Of a stretch of 64,000 nt of DNA, positions 9,084 through 21,525 are shown piece by piece. Source of the stretch: an uncultured Acidimicrobiaceae bacterium (GTDB taxonomy: Bacteria > Actinomycetota > Acidimicrobiia > Acidimicrobiales > RAAP-2). The notes beneath the pieces are model-generated. The model worked only from the letters and a program-made list of their open reading frames with translations, did not search any database and had not been told where the DNA came from. The DNA lies in assembly GCA_963849705.1 (NCBI GenBank), contig CAWKII010000001.1, forward strand, positions 89,681 to 153,680, read 5' to 3'. Every line of letters begins with the position of its first letter. Position 1 is the first letter of the stretch. The position numbers and the translations under genes are program-made.

Positions 9084-10253
9084 ATGTTGCGCGTGCGTCG
9101 TCGGGGCACGACACGAACGACCCCCCTCTTATTGGCAGCAGCCCTCAGCGTGGTGTGGCTGACGGTCCCGACGGGCGCCGGCGCCGGCTCGATCGCTCAG
9201 ACCAAAAAGGCCATCGAGGATCTCTCGGCGGCTCTCTCGCGTCAAGAACAACGCAGCGAAATCACCTCGAACGAGTACGACCAAGACGAAGCCAACCTGG
9301 CCTCGATTACCACCAATATCAAGAGTTTGCAGGGCCAGGAGGTGGCGAAGCGCGCGGCGATCGTGGTGACCTCGAAGAAGCTCGAGGTCGCCGTAGTGCG
9401 AGCCTTCGTGTTCGGTAGTGCCGAATTGCAACTGATCCAACTGTTCAGTCAGAACGTGACCAAGAGCGACCAGACCAGCGTCTATCAACAACTGGTCATC
9501 GGTAACCTCAATGAACTCAAAGACAAGTACCAGCGAGAGAAGACCTCCCTCGACACCACGATCACCAAAGTTGCCGCGCAGCGCGTGAGGGCCCAGCACG
9601 CGACCTACGAGATGAAGACACTGCTGGAGTCGAACATCGAACTTCAAGACCAGACACAAGCGACCCTGGCGACCGTCACGGCGGAGTACAAGAGCGAGAT
9701 CATCAACTACGAAATCAGCGCCGGCGTCGCGGCCGCGCGCGACCACAACACCGCGGGCGAAGAACAGGCCATCACGGCCGCGTCAGCCGTGGGGGGCCAG
9801 TCCGCGGCGAACCAGGTCATCGAGGCAGAACAACAGGCCATCGCGACCCCCACCATCGCGGAAATCGCCGGCACGGCTCAGGGTCTCAAGGCCGTGAAGG
9901 AGGCCGAATCACAGATTGGAGTGCCCTACGTCTGGGGCGGAGAGACCCCGCACGTGGGCTTCGACTGCTCGGGCTTGGTCCAGTGGGCCTGGGCTCAAGC
10001 CGGGATCTCCATTCCTCGCACCACCGAGACTCAGTGGCCCGACATGGTCCACGTTCCGCTCACGCAACTACAGCCCGGCGACCTCCTCTACTACTACAAC
10101 CTCGATGGCGACAACGAGGTGGACCACGTGGTGATGTACGTCGGATCGGGCCCGTGGGGCGTCGACACCACCATCGCGGCCGCCCACACCGGCACCGACG
10201 TGGAGCTCGCTCCCCTCTTCACGGCCGGCCTCGAGGGCGCCGCGCACCCGTAG
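9084..10253 (+). CDS. Secreted NlpC/P60 peptidoglycan endopeptidase with coiled-coil N-terminus (CwlO/RipC-like)
   Basis: Signal peptide, heptad-rich middle region and C-terminal GVPYVWGG..GFDCSGLVQWAW..LQPGDLLYY..HVVMYVG. Confidence 0.92.
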   Translation: MLRVRRRGTTRTTPLLLAAALSVVWLTVPTGAGAGSIAQTKKAIEDLSAALSRQEQRSEITSNEYDQDEANLASITTNIKSLQGQEVAKRAAIVVTSKKLEVAVVRAFVFGSAELQLIQLFSQNVTKSDQTSVYQQLVIGNLNELKDKYQREKTSLDTTITKVAAQRVRAQHATYEMKTLLESNIELQDQTQATLATVTAEYKSEIINYEISAGVAAARDHNTAGEEQAITAASAVGGQSAANQVIEAEQQAIATPTIAEIAGTAQGLKAVKEAESQIGVPYVWGGETPHVGFDCSGLVQWAWAQAGISIPRTTETQWPDMVHVPLTQLQPGDLLYYYNLDGDNEVDHVVMYVGSGPWGVDTTIAAAHTGTDVELAPLFTAGLEGAAHP

Positions 10254-10262
10254 GTCTCCGCG

Positions 10263-11195
10263 ATGACTATCGAACTCTCACTCGTTATTCCGGCGTACAA
10301 CGAAGCGGACCGCCTCGCCACGGGCTTCGATCGCCTCCAACCTTTTCTCGACACCGTGGCCCCCGAGACCCTGGAGATCATCGTGATCGACGACGGCTCC
10401 AGCGACGACACCATGCGTCGAGCGCGCGAGGTGTACGCACACGTGGAGAACGCGCGCTTCGTCCAACAGCCCGAGAACCACGGCAAGGGCGCGGCCCTTC
10501 GCCTCGGCATCGGCCTCGCCACGGGAACGAACGTCGTGACCATCGACGCCGACATGGCGATCAACCCACGTCAGCTACCCCTCTTCTTGGCGTCGCTGCG
10601 CGATAGCGCGCTCGTACCGGGTTCTCGGGCCATCAAGGGACGCATCAACTACGACTCGAGGCTCAGAACGCTCTTCGGCGATGGGTTCAACTACTTGGTT
10701 CGCCTCTATACGCGCACGAGTTTGCGCGACACGCAGTGCGGTTGTAAAGGCTTTCAACTGGCCGAGGGGCGGCTCTTGACTCTTCTTTCCTTCATCGACG
10801 GCTTCGCCTTTGACGTGGAGATTCTCTACTTGGCCAACCAGCTCGGACTGAGCGTTCGCCCGCTGCTCGTCACGTGGGACGACGTCGAAGGCTCATCGGT
10901 GCGGCCGGGTCGTGACGCCCTGGCCATGTTCCTCGATATACGGAACATTCGATCACGGCGCTACGAGAACCCGGTCGTCGAGCTGACGACCGGCATCACG
11001 GCCGAGGAGGTCGCGTCCGTGGCGAGAGAGGCGCGGCTCCACGGCCTGGTGCTGGCGCGCGCCGAGGCGAACACACTGGTGGTTCTCGGCCGTAACGACG
11101 CACCCGGCGGACTAGGCCTCGCGGCTCGACTTAAGGGTTCGCTGAGGACCACCACGATCAGTGAACTAAAGGGCCGACGTTTCGAGGCCGTCTAG
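10263..11195 (+). CDS. GT2 polyprenyl-phosphate glycosyltransferase (DPM1/ALG5-like) with C-terminal extension
   Basis: LSLVIPAYNE, IDDGSSD, NHGKGAA, IDAD, DTQCGCKGF and FAFDVEIL. Confidence 0.88.
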   Translation: MTIELSLVIPAYNEADRLATGFDRLQPFLDTVAPETLEIIVIDDGSSDDTMRRAREVYAHVENARFVQQPENHGKGAALRLGIGLATGTNVVTIDADMAINPRQLPLFLASLRDSALVPGSRAIKGRINYDSRLRTLFGDGFNYLVRLYTRTSLRDTQCGCKGFQLAEGRLLTLLSFIDGFAFDVEILYLANQLGLSVRPLLVTWDDVEGSSVRPGRDALAMFLDIRNIRSRRYENPVVELTTGITAEEVASVAREARLHGLVLARAEANTLVVLGRNDAPGGLGLAARLKGSLRTTTISELKGRRFEAV

Positions 11196-11821
11196 TTGTG
11201 TCGCGGAAGTAGCCAGTTCGACACGAGCTCGGGCGCACGGTCGCCCCACTCCTCGGCGGTGATGGCGTAGCGAGCGTGATCTTCCCACGCGCCATCGATC
11301 TCGAGGTAGCGCTCGGAGATCCCTTCAAAACGAATAGCGAGTTTCTCCACGACCCGCCGCGAGGGCGCGTTGCGCGGGATGATGTTGATCTCGACGCGAT
11401 GGAGTCGAAGCGACTCAAAGGCGTACTGCAACATCGTGACGACCGCCTCGGGCATCAGGCCCTGACCAGCCACGGCCTCGTCGATCCAGTAGCCGATGTA
11501 GGCCGACTGGAGGGGACCACGCTGAATGGAGGAGAGGGTTATCTCCCCCACAAAGCGTCCCTCGACGAAGATGCCAAAGCCAAAGCCCGTGCCGATCTGG
11601 CGCTCTCGTTCGCGAATGGCGCAGCGACTGACGAAACTGCGGTGGTCTTCGGCGAGGTGCGAGGCGTGGGCCGAGCGTGGCTCCCACTTCAAGAGCCAGT
11701 CGCGACAACGCGTGCGCACCTCGTACCAGGCCTCGTAGTCGTGCTCGTTCATGGTGCGCAGCACCACGCGGCGCCCGTGCAAGGAGATGGGCGAGTAGAT
11801 CGCGCTGCGCGTCGTCACCAT
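11192..11821 (-). CDS. RimJ/RimL family GNAT N-acetyltransferase
   Basis: SAYIGYWID..AGQGLMPEAV, LRLHRVE, PRNAPSRRVVEKL and GAWEDH. Confidence 0.9.
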   Translation of the reverse strand: MVTTRSAIYSPISLHGRRVVLRTMNEHDYEAWYEVRTRCRDWLLKWEPRSAHASHLAEDHRSFVSRCAIRERERQIGTGFGFGIFVEGRFVGEITLSSIQRGPLQSAYIGYWIDEAVAGQGLMPEAVVTMLQYAFESLRLHRVEINIIPRNAPSRRVVEKLAIRFEGISERYLEIDGAWEDHARYAITAEEWGDRAPELVSNWLLPRHN

Positions 11822-11858
11822 GAGGCTCTTCCCACCAGTACATCGTTACAGGTCGCTG

Positions 11859-12794
11859 TCAGCGGTGCAATCCTGGCTGGTGCAACGAGGAAACGATCCC
11901 GTCGAGGATGTCGCTTTCAGAACTCAGTAGCTCCTGGACGCCGAGTCGCCCCATGACGGCGTCGAGAATGAAGAGCCCGGCGGTCAACACGTCCTCTCGG
12001 CCCACGACCATGCCGGGATGGGCGAGACGCTCTTCGGGCGTCTCGCCCGCGAGGCGATCGCGCCACTCCTGGACGAGCGCGCGCGTGAGCGTCCGGTGGT
12101 GCACGACGTCGCGGTCGTAGATGGTGATGCCCGCGTCCATCTGTGCGAGCGTGGCCACGGTGCCGGCCAGGCCGATGAGTCGAACGTGTCCCGCTACGAG
12201 AGCAAAATCGGGCACCGCGGAGAAAGCACGGTCCAGTTCCGCCTCGATCATCGAGCGTGCCGCTTCGTCGCCCTCCGGTGTCACCACGCCTCGCCCGAGG
12301 GCTCGTTCGCTCACCCGAACGCATCCGAGCTGCATCGAGTAGCTCTTCAACTCTCCTCGTCGTTTCAGGGCGAGTTCCGTAGACCCCCCGCCGACGTCGA
12401 CGATCATGGTCGGGACGGCCACTTCCTCCACGTCATTCGTCGCACCGGCGTAAGAGAAGGCCGCCTCTTCGGCGCCACTGAGAACCTTGGCTTCAAAGCC
12501 GACCAGGCCGTGTGCGCGCGACAGAAACGTCGATCGGTTCGACGCGTCGCGAACGGCAGACGTCGCGACCAGTAGCCCCGTCGTCACACGGAAGCCGTCG
12601 CACGCCGCGCGATACGTCGCCAGCACGTCGAAGGTTCGCTCCATGGCCTGCGGCGTCAAGGTTTGCGAAGCGTCGACACCTTGGCTCAGACGGGTAATGC
12701 GCATGTCGCGCTGGAGCGCTTTACCATCGCCATCGACAATCAGTAGTCGCGTGGAGTTACTTCCACAATCGATGGCGGCGACGGCGTCACTCAC
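11859..12794 (-). CDS. ppx: Ppx/GppA exopolyphosphatase
   Basis: AAIDCGSNSTRLL, ATSAVRDA, VLSGAEEA, VDVGGGSTE and DILDG. Usual position after DUF501. Confidence 0.92.
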   Translation of the reverse strand: MSDAVAAIDCGSNSTRLLIVDGDGKALQRDMRITRLSQGVDASQTLTPQAMERTFDVLATYRAACDGFRVTTGLLVATSAVRDASNRSTFLSRAHGLVGFEAKVLSGAEEAAFSYAGATNDVEEVAVPTMIVDVGGGSTELALKRRGELKSYSMQLGCVRVSERALGRGVVTPEGDEAARSMIEAELDRAFSAVPDFALVAGHVRLIGLAGTVATLAQMDAGITIYDRDVVHHRTLTRALVQEWRDRLAGETPEERLAHPGMVVGREDVLTAGLFILDAVMGRLGVQELLSSESDILDGIVSSLHQPGLHR

Positions 12795-13265
12795 GGACGT
12801 CGATGACGAGCAGTTCCGGCACGTCGATCTCCCCGGCGACTAGGGCCCCGACGGGATCAAAGGAGCCGACGAGAAAGTTGGCGAGATGCGCGTGAAGACA
12901 CTTGACTCCCACTCGAGTGCCCCCGACTCCCCCGTGCGCGCTGACGGCGCGGTGGTGCACGGTGGCCTCTCGGCGGCGTTGCTCGTACTCGTCGTGCGCT
13001 CGGCGGAGTTCTTCCTGGTCGACCAGCTCCTCGAACCGGTGTACGCCGCCCTCACTCTCCAGGCGACTCACGCTGACGTACAGTTCCGGGTCGACCAGCC
13101 AATAGAGAGTCGGCATGGGCGTGCCGTCGCGCAGATGGGGCTCGTTTTCGATAACGACGGGCCTACCGTCGAGACGTCGTACGACGACGGCGAAGCGCCC
13201 GGACAGCGGACGTTGGAGCAGGGCTTCGACGATCGCCTGATCGTCGGGTGAGGCGTCGCGAAAGG

Positions 13266-13269
<4 letters not shown>
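12787..13269 (-). CDS. DUF501 family protein
   Basis: GTPMPTLYWL, SRLESEGG and GGVGG..VKCLHAHLA. Fits the eno-divIC-DUF501-ppx order. Confidence 0.9.
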
Positions 13270-15036
<1,767 letters not shown>

Positions 15037-16410
15037 CTACGGATGCTCCTCGGCTGTCACGATCTGATCACGAAGCTCGCGAGCACGCTCGCGCAGTGCA
15101 CCTTCGAGATCGACGTCCGCGGCGCTCGCCGCGGCGACGAGAGAACTGAGAGCGTCGCCCCAGGCGCGCTGGGACTCGTCGTACGATCCCGCGCCGTCAA
15201 GTGCGCGCGTCAGCGCAGCGATCGCCTCGAGCGCAGCGGCGAGCGAGGACTCCTCGGACGCGATGGCGAGGTCGGCCAACGCGGCTTTGCGCAGCAACTT
15301 CGTGTACAAGGTCAACGCGGGCATCTGCCAGGCGACGCCGTCTAACACGCTGTCACGGCCTTTTTCTTTTCGCTTCAGCACCTCCCACCGAGCGGCGACC
15401 TCGTCGGCGCTGTTGGCCGCCAGGTCGCCGAAGACGTGAGGGTGGCGATGAATGAGCTTGTCGCGCAACGTATCAACGATCGAGGCAAAGTTGAAGTTCC
15501 CTTCCTCCTCACCCAACTCCGCGTGCAACACCACCTGGACGAGCACGTCGCCGAGCTCTTCTTCGACGTGGGCGATGAGGTCGTCGTCCTGCTCGCCGCG
15601 CTCTTCCATGGCCACGAACACGTCGAGCGCATCGACGGCTTCGTAGGCCTCTTCGAGAAGATGCTTGGTCAAGGAGGCGTGGGTCTGCTCTTGATCCCAG
15701 GGACACTCCGCGCGAAGGCGACTCACCAGGTCCACCAAGTCCGCCGTCGCGACGCCGGCGTCGCGGAACGGCTCCACCCAGAGTGAGGTCAGGTGATCGG
15801 CCTCGCGAAAGGACGCTAGTTCACTCGCCCGAAGAGCAGTCACGACCTGGTCGTCCAGTCCGAGGTGATGAAGCACGTTCACCTGACATTCCGCCGGAAG
15901 TCGGTCCGAGACGCTGGCGAGAATCTCGGGAGAGTACGTCTGGAGGATCAACAAGGGACCGGGGCCGCGAAAGTTGTCGATCGAGTCCAGCGCGTCGACC
16001 ACGCGAAGCCCCGCCGCCATGGGGTCGCGGCCGAGCGCGGCGCAGGCCACGTCAATCACCGACACCGCCGGCTCGAGAATGACCGCCACCTCGGGTCGCT
16101 CCCGCAACAGTTCGACGGTGCGCTCGGCGACCACCGGCGAGCCCGGCACGGCGTAGATGACCTCACGGGGCGCCGCTCGTGTCGCCAGCGACACCAGATC
16201 CTCGACGATGGCTTGATATAGATCGTCAAAGGAGAGCGCACGCTCGTACCACTCGTCATAGGAGGGCACGTCGGCAAAGGCGGCCGCGCTCGGGTGTTCT
16301 CTCGTGCGGAGTCGAGCGACGGACGTCTCACTCAGCAGCGAGAACGTGCGTCGGGTGACGTGATCGAGGGTGCCCGGTCCGAGTCCAACGACCCGTACGA
16401 CGGGCTTCAC
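15037..16410 (-). CDS. mazG: Tetrapyrrole-methylase/MazG fusion (YabN-type nucleoside triphosphate pyrophosphohydrolase)
   Basis: N-terminal VVGLGPG methylase-like domain, then CPWDQEQTH, LLEEAYE, EELGDVL and KLIHRHPHVF. Confidence 0.88.
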   Translation of the reverse strand: MKPVVRVVGLGPGTLDHVTRRTFSLLSETSVARLRTREHPSAAAFADVPSYDEWYERALSFDDLYQAIVEDLVSLATRAAPREVIYAVPGSPVVAERTVELLRERPEVAVILEPAVSVIDVACAALGRDPMAAGLRVVDALDSIDNFRGPGPLLILQTYSPEILASVSDRLPAECQVNVLHHLGLDDQVVTALRASELASFREADHLTSLWVEPFRDAGVATADLVDLVSRLRAECPWDQEQTHASLTKHLLEEAYEAVDALDVFVAMEERGEQDDDLIAHVEEELGDVLVQVVLHAELGEEEGNFNFASIVDTLRDKLIHRHPHVFGDLAANSADEVAARWEVLKRKEKGRDSVLDGVAWQMPALTLYTKLLRKAALADLAIASEESSLAAALEAIAALTRALDGAGSYDESQRAWGDALSSLVAAASAADVDLEGALRERARELRDQIVTAEEHP

Positions 16411-17492
16411 TTATAGGTAGCGGAAGACGACGTCAGTGCCTTGGCGCTGTTGACGTCGCTCTTTGGAGGAGTGGCCGGAGCGAAGACGCCGGGGCCGGCC
16501 GAACTGGCACCCCACACGCCAAAGGCGGGATCCACGTGTACCGCCGCGCGATACAGCAGGTTGTCCTTTAACGCGCTGGCCGACGCGGCGTTGAGACTCT
16601 GCAGATCGGCCAAGACGGCGGGCTCGGCCTTGGCGAACGGGGTCGTCGTGCGACTGGTGACGGCCACGAACAGATCCGCCTCACTGGAGGAGTAGTTGAT
16701 CGTCGACGGCGTGCTGGAGAACGTATTGAGCGCCAGCGACGCCACGTCGGAGCGAACACCGGCGTAGTACTTGCTGCTCGGCGCGTAGCAGCCGTACGCG
16801 CCGCCCTTCGAAGCGGAGGGATCCTCGGAGTACTTCTTCGCCAGAGCCGCCACGCTCAGACCCGAGGCCTGCGCCTGTTCGAAGGCCGTGGCGTTGGCGA
16901 GGGGTACGACGGCCACCGAGACGCACAGGGTGTCGTAGTCCGACGTGTGCGCCGCGTAGTAGCTCTCCATCGACGCCGTCGTTAGTGGGATGGAGTGCTT
17001 GATGCGACCCACCAGGTAGAGCGAGGTCGCCTGCGCCTCGATCTCCGCCGATCGCATCTCCGCGGGCATCTCGGCCAGGGCCGCGGCGGAGGTGCCGGGA
17101 CAGGTCACCGAGCGCGAGGCCGCTTGTTGGGTCATCTCGCTCTCCAAGGAGACCTTGGCCGCCGCGAGTTGGGCCGCGTCGGGGTGGTACTTCAGATTCG
17201 AGGTGACGTACTGATTGATCGCGAAGCCTTCCACGCGGAGATTGGCCCAGGTGGCGGCGCCCGTCGCCTTCATCGAGTCGCCACCGGCGCCCTTCTCGTA
17301 GCCGGTCGAAGGGTCCAGGACGTAGACATAACACAGCAGGGTCTCGTGGTGTTCGATCGCGTTGAGCTCGCTCAGAAAGTCATGCGAGGAGAGCGAGGTG
17401 TGGTTCACCGTGAGCCCCGACGATTGGCCGCTCAACCCATAGATAGTGGCCCCAACCAGAGCGAGGACGAACAGGGCAACGAGGCGACGCAC
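16407..17492 (-). CDS. Exported PrsA/SurA-like protein with degenerate parvulin (rotamase) domain
   Basis: Signal or anchor helix and ALAKKYSEDPSASKGGAYG motif. Lies between mfd and mazG. Confidence 0.65.
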   Translation of the reverse strand: MRRLVALFVLALVGATIYGLSGQSSGLTVNHTSLSSHDFLSELNAIEHHETLLCYVYVLDPSTGYEKGAGGDSMKATGAATWANLRVEGFAINQYVTSNLKYHPDAAQLAAAKVSLESEMTQQAASRSVTCPGTSAAALAEMPAEMRSAEIEAQATSLYLVGRIKHSIPLTTASMESYYAAHTSDYDTLCVSVAVVPLANATAFEQAQASGLSVAALAKKYSEDPSASKGGAYGCYAPSSKYYAGVRSDVASLALNTFSSTPSTINYSSSEADLFVAVTSRTTTPFAKAEPAVLADLQSLNAASASALKDNLLYRAAVHVDPAFGVWGASSAGPGVFAPATPPKSDVNSAKALTSSSATYK

Positions 17493-17515
17493 TTGGTTAT
17501 TCTACCGATCGAGAC

Positions 17516-20500
17516 TTAGGCGACGGCCGGCGCGGCGTGAAGCTCTTCTATCAATAGCGTGATCGCGCGGGGCGTCGTCTGACTGGCCGCGAGCTCCACG
17601 CGAAACTCCTTGGTCGACTCGTTGTAGGCGCTGGAGCCGTACGTGCGTCGCAGGCGGAGTTGCTGGCTCAGGGTCAAGGTGAGCGGCCCCATCTTGAGGA
17701 CCGGCTTGGAACGCACCCCCATGCGAGCCGGGAGCACGGCCACGGACGTAACGGCGTAGGCGAGACAGGTGAGACGAAGTTGGGCGAGGTCGAGCAGGCC
17801 CTTGGTCGGCTCGGGCAGCGCGCCGTAGCGGTCGACCCACTCGAGAGCCAGGTCGTCGAGTTCCGCCTGGCCGCTCACACCGGCCAGGCGGCGATAGGCC
17901 TCGAGTCGCGCGTCGTCGGCCTCGACGTACTCCTTGGGCAGATGCGCCTCGCCCGGCACGTCGAGGTTGACCGGTACCACGTCGGGCACGCGAAAGCCCT
18001 TGGCGTCGGCGACCGCTTCGGCCACCAATTGGACGTACAGGTCGTAGCCGACTGCGGCGACGGGACCCGACTGGTCGTGGCCGAGGAGGTTCCCGGCCCC
18101 TCGAATCTCGAGATCGCGCATGGCGATCTTGAAACCGCTGCCCAAGGCGGTGTTGTCACCGATGGTTCGCAGCCGCTCGTAGGCCGTCTCCGAGAGCACC
18201 TGCTCGGCCGGGTGGAAAAGATACGCGTAAGCCCGCTGGCCGCTTCGACCGACCCGGCCACGGAGTTGGTGCAGTTGGCCGAGCCCGAGACGCTCCGCGC
18301 GATCGACGATCAACGTGTTAACCGAGGGCAGGTCGATGCCGGACTCCACGATGGTCGTACAGACTAAGACGTCGTAGCGACGCTCCCAGAAGTCGATCAT
18401 GACCCGCTCTAGCGTGCCTTCATCCATCTGACCGTGCGCCACGGCGATGCGGGCGTCGGGGACGAGCTGGCCCAGGCGCTGGGCCACGTGGTCAATATCC
18501 GACACGCGATTGTGCACGAAGAAGACCTGACCTTCACGAAGCAGTTCACGTCGAATCGCTTCCACGACAGCCGGTTCGTTGTACTCCCCCACGTGGGTGA
18601 GAATCGGTCGGCGGTCGGCCGGTGGGGTGGTGATCATCGAGAGATCGCGGATACCGGTAAAGGCCATCTCCAGCGTGCGCGGAATAGGGCTGGCGCTCAG
18701 GGTCAGCACATCGACCCCGACGGCGCGCGCCTTGATCGCCTCTTTGTGTTGCACGCCGAAGCGCTGCTCTTCGTCCACCACGAGGAGTCCGAGCTTCTTA
18801 AAGGAGACCGTGTCGCTGAGCAAACGGTGGGTACCGATGACGACGTCGATCGTCCCCTCGCGCAGTCCCGCCAATGTGGTCCGGGTCTCGGCTTCGTCGA
18901 CGAAACGACTGAGGAGCGCAACCTTGAGGGGAAAGCCCGCGAACCTCTCGGAGAACGTCGCAAAGTGTTGACTGGCGAGCAACGTGGTCGGCACCAGGAT
19001 CGCTGCTTGTGTGTTGTCCTGCACGGCCTTGAACACGGCCCGCAGCGCCACTTCGGTCTTGCCGAAGCCCACGTCGGCACAGATCAGTCGATCCATGGGG
19101 CGCGGCGATTCCATGTCCTTCTTCACGTCCTGAATCGCTTGAGCCTGGTCGGCGGTGAGCGTGAAGGGGAAGAGCTCTTCCATCTCGCGCTGCCACGCGG
19201 TGTCTGGACTGAAGGGGTGGCCTTCGGCGACGGTACGCAGCCGATAGAGGTCGACCAGCTCCTGGGCCACTAAGAACGCGGCGGCGCGGGCCTTAGCCCT
19301 CGTCTTTTGCCACTCCGCGCCACCCAGGCGTGAGAGCGCCGGGCCCTCGCCCCCGCTGTAGGGAGTGAGCGCGTCGATCTGTTCGGTAGGCCAGTAGCTC
19401 TTGCCGTCCTTGAACTGCAAGATGAGATAGTCACGCGTCACGCCGTTGATGGCGCGCGTCGTCGTACCTGAGAATCTCGCGACCCCGTGCTGTCGGTGGA
19501 CGACGTAGCTCCCGACGGCCAGGTCGTCAAAGAACCCGTCGACGTTGCGCGATCGCGTTCGAGGGATACGACGTTGACTACGCCGACCGGTGAGATCGCT
19601 CTCGCTCCACACGACGATGGGCGGTGACTCCAGGAAGAACCCCGCCGGCAAGGTGCTCTCGAGGACGCTCAGTCGAGCCTCGAGCACGTGCGTAGGGTCG
19701 GTCGTGACCTCCACCCCTTCGCCACGCAGTTGCTCGGCCATGCGATCAATGGCCCCCGGCGTGGAGGTCAACACCACCCCGCGGCGATCTTGGCTCCAGT
19801 TGCGTACGTGGGCCGCGATCCGGGCCGCGTCGCCCTGGACGACCGGCGGCGAGGAGAGGGATCCCGCGTCGGCGAGCAAGGACGCACTCGACTCCAGGGC
19901 GAGACTCACTCGTCCCTCGATGGACAGGTCGTAGCCGAGGTGCAACAGAGGCACCGGCTCGCTCGCGCGCCACGTCGCCGCGACGACGTCGGTGAGCTCA
20001 CGCTCCTCGTCAAGTAGTTCAGACAGCCTCGCGCGCACCCGCGCCGGCTCCACGACCACGACCCGGGCGTCCGTCGTCTCGTCGAGCAACGTGTGGGCGC
20101 TCTCGACGAAGAGACCCATCCAGCCTTCCATGCCGTCGAAGAGTTGGCCCGTCGAGAGTCGATCGAACGTCGACGACGCCCACGGCGCACTCCGTGAGAG
20201 CAGCTCGGCCTTAGCGCGCGTCGCGGCACCCGGGAGCCACTCACGCGCCGGCGCGACAGTGGCCTCGTCGAGGTCGTGCGTTGAGCGCTGGGTGGCGATG
20301 TCGATGGCCGTCAGTCGCTCGACCTCGTCGCCGAAGAAGTCCAGACGAATCGGTTCGTCGTTTTGGGCCGGCCACACGTCGACGATGCCCCCGCGCACCG
20401 CGAACTCCGCGCGATGCTCCACTAAGTGCTCGCGCCGATATCCGAAGTCCGCGAGACCTTGGATGAACTCGTCGCGAACGATCTCGCTTCCTCGGGCCAG

Positions 20501-20905
20501 CACGAAGGGGGCGACCAGACCCTCGGGAGAGAGCACCTGGGCGACGGAGCGGGCGGAGGCGACGATGACTCGAGGAGCGTTGCCCACATGAATACGCCAG
20601 CGCAAGAGCGCGCGCATGGCCATCACCTGGCTGTCCGGGCTGACTCGTTCGAGAGGGTGCGTGTCCCATCCGGGCCAGAGCGCCACGGCGCCCACTCCGA
20701 GCCAGGCTTCGAGAGCGTCCACGACGTGTTCGGCCTCGCTCGACGTGGGCGTCACCGCCACGGTGAAAGGAACTTCGAGTGAGAGCGCCGCGAGGGCCAG
20801 GGGCGTGGCGTACGAGGACGGTGCAAACGAGCCCGAGGCTAGGGACGCGCGTACGGCGGGGGCGACGACGTCGAGGACTCGTGCTAGTCCGCGGGGTTCA
20901 CTCAC
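17516..20905 (-). CDS. mfd: Transcription-repair coupling factor
   Basis: FAVRGGIVD, VVHRQHGVA (RID), MDRLICADVGFGKTEVA, VVDEEQRFG, LSASPIPRTL and QLHQLRGRVGRS. Confidence 0.99.
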   Translation of the reverse strand: MSEPRGLARVLDVVAPAVRASLASGSFAPSSYATPLALAALSLEVPFTVAVTPTSSEAEHVVDALEAWLGVGAVALWPGWDTHPLERVSPDSQVMAMRALLRWRIHVGNAPRVIVASARSVAQVLSPEGLVAPFVLARGSEIVRDEFIQGLADFGYRREHLVEHRAEFAVRGGIVDVWPAQNDEPIRLDFFGDEVERLTAIDIATQRSTHDLDEATVAPAREWLPGAATRAKAELLSRSAPWASSTFDRLSTGQLFDGMEGWMGLFVESAHTLLDETTDARVVVVEPARVRARLSELLDEERELTDVVAATWRASEPVPLLHLGYDLSIEGRVSLALESSASLLADAGSLSSPPVVQGDAARIAAHVRNWSQDRRGVVLTSTPGAIDRMAEQLRGEGVEVTTDPTHVLEARLSVLESTLPAGFFLESPPIVVWSESDLTGRRSQRRIPRTRSRNVDGFFDDLAVGSYVVHRQHGVARFSGTTTRAINGVTRDYLILQFKDGKSYWPTEQIDALTPYSGGEGPALSRLGGAEWQKTRAKARAAAFLVAQELVDLYRLRTVAEGHPFSPDTAWQREMEELFPFTLTADQAQAIQDVKKDMESPRPMDRLICADVGFGKTEVALRAVFKAVQDNTQAAILVPTTLLASQHFATFSERFAGFPLKVALLSRFVDEAETRTTLAGLREGTIDVVIGTHRLLSDTVSFKKLGLLVVDEEQRFGVQHKEAIKARAVGVDVLTLSASPIPRTLEMAFTGIRDLSMITTPPADRRPILTHVGEYNEPAVVEAIRRELLREGQVFFVHNRVSDIDHVAQRLGQLVPDARIAVAHGQMDEGTLERVMIDFWERRYDVLVCTTIVESGIDLPSVNTLIVDRAERLGLGQLHQLRGRVGRSGQRAYAYLFHPAEQVLSETAYERLRTIGDNTALGSGFKIAMRDLEIRGAGNLLGHDQSGPVAAVGYDLYVQLVAEAVADAKGFRVPDVVPVNLDVPGEAHLPKEYVEADDARLEAYRRLAGVSGQAELDDLALEWVDRYGALPEPTKGLLDLAQLRLTCLAYAVTSVAVLPARMGVRSKPVLKMGPLTLTLSQQLRLRRTYGSSAYNESTKEFRVELAASQTTPRAITLLIEELHAAPAVA

Positions 20906-21519
20906 GATCCGTTGATGCGTTGCTGAGCGTCGGCGAAGTCGTACTCCAACAGTGTCTCGAGGGCGTCCGCGGCGCGAGCCACCTCGGCCTCTCTCGCCTC
21001 GCGTTGCGCGCCGGTGGGGCGACGAAGGACGTAGTTGGCTCCTTGTTCTTTGGACGGTGGCTTGCCGATGCCGATGCGCAGTCGAGCGAACTCTTGGGTG
21101 CCGAGCGTCGAGGCGATCGAACGCAACCCGTTATGTCCGGCGAGCCCTCCCCCGAGACGAAGTTGCAGCCGCCCCGGTTCAAGGTCGAGTTCGTCGTGCA
21201 CGACGACCAACTCCGAGACGTCATCGAGGGAGGTGCGTCGCAAGAGTGGCGCGATCGCGGCACCCGACTCGTTCATGTACGTGGTGGGTATCGCCAAGGT
21301 CACGGGGCCCCGGGGCGTCGCCAGTGTCACGCTCTCCGCACGTTGGCGCCGCTCGCGACTGAACTGACCACCGCGACGCGCCACCACCAGGCGAACGGCG
21401 TCGCCACCCACGTTGTGACGCGACCCTTCATACTCGGAGCCGGGGTTAGCGAGGCCGACCACGAGCAGAGCGCTCTTTTGGCCTCGTCGATCGTTCTCGC
21501 GAGCGCGCCGAAGCGCCAC
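20902..21519 (-). CDS. pth: Peptidyl-tRNA hydrolase
   Basis: VGLANPG..Y..SRHNVG, TYMNESG, VVHDELD, GGLAGHNGLRS and RLRIGIG. Confidence 0.97.
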   Translation of the reverse strand: MALRRARENDRRGQKSALLVVGLANPGSEYEGSRHNVGGDAVRLVVARRGGQFSRERRQRAESVTLATPRGPVTLAIPTTYMNESGAAIAPLLRRTSLDDVSELVVVHDELDLEPGRLQLRLGGGLAGHNGLRSIASTLGTQEFARLRIGIGKPPSKEQGANYVLRRPTGAQREAREAEVARAADALETLLEYDFADAQQRINGS

Positions 21520-21525
21520 GACGAA

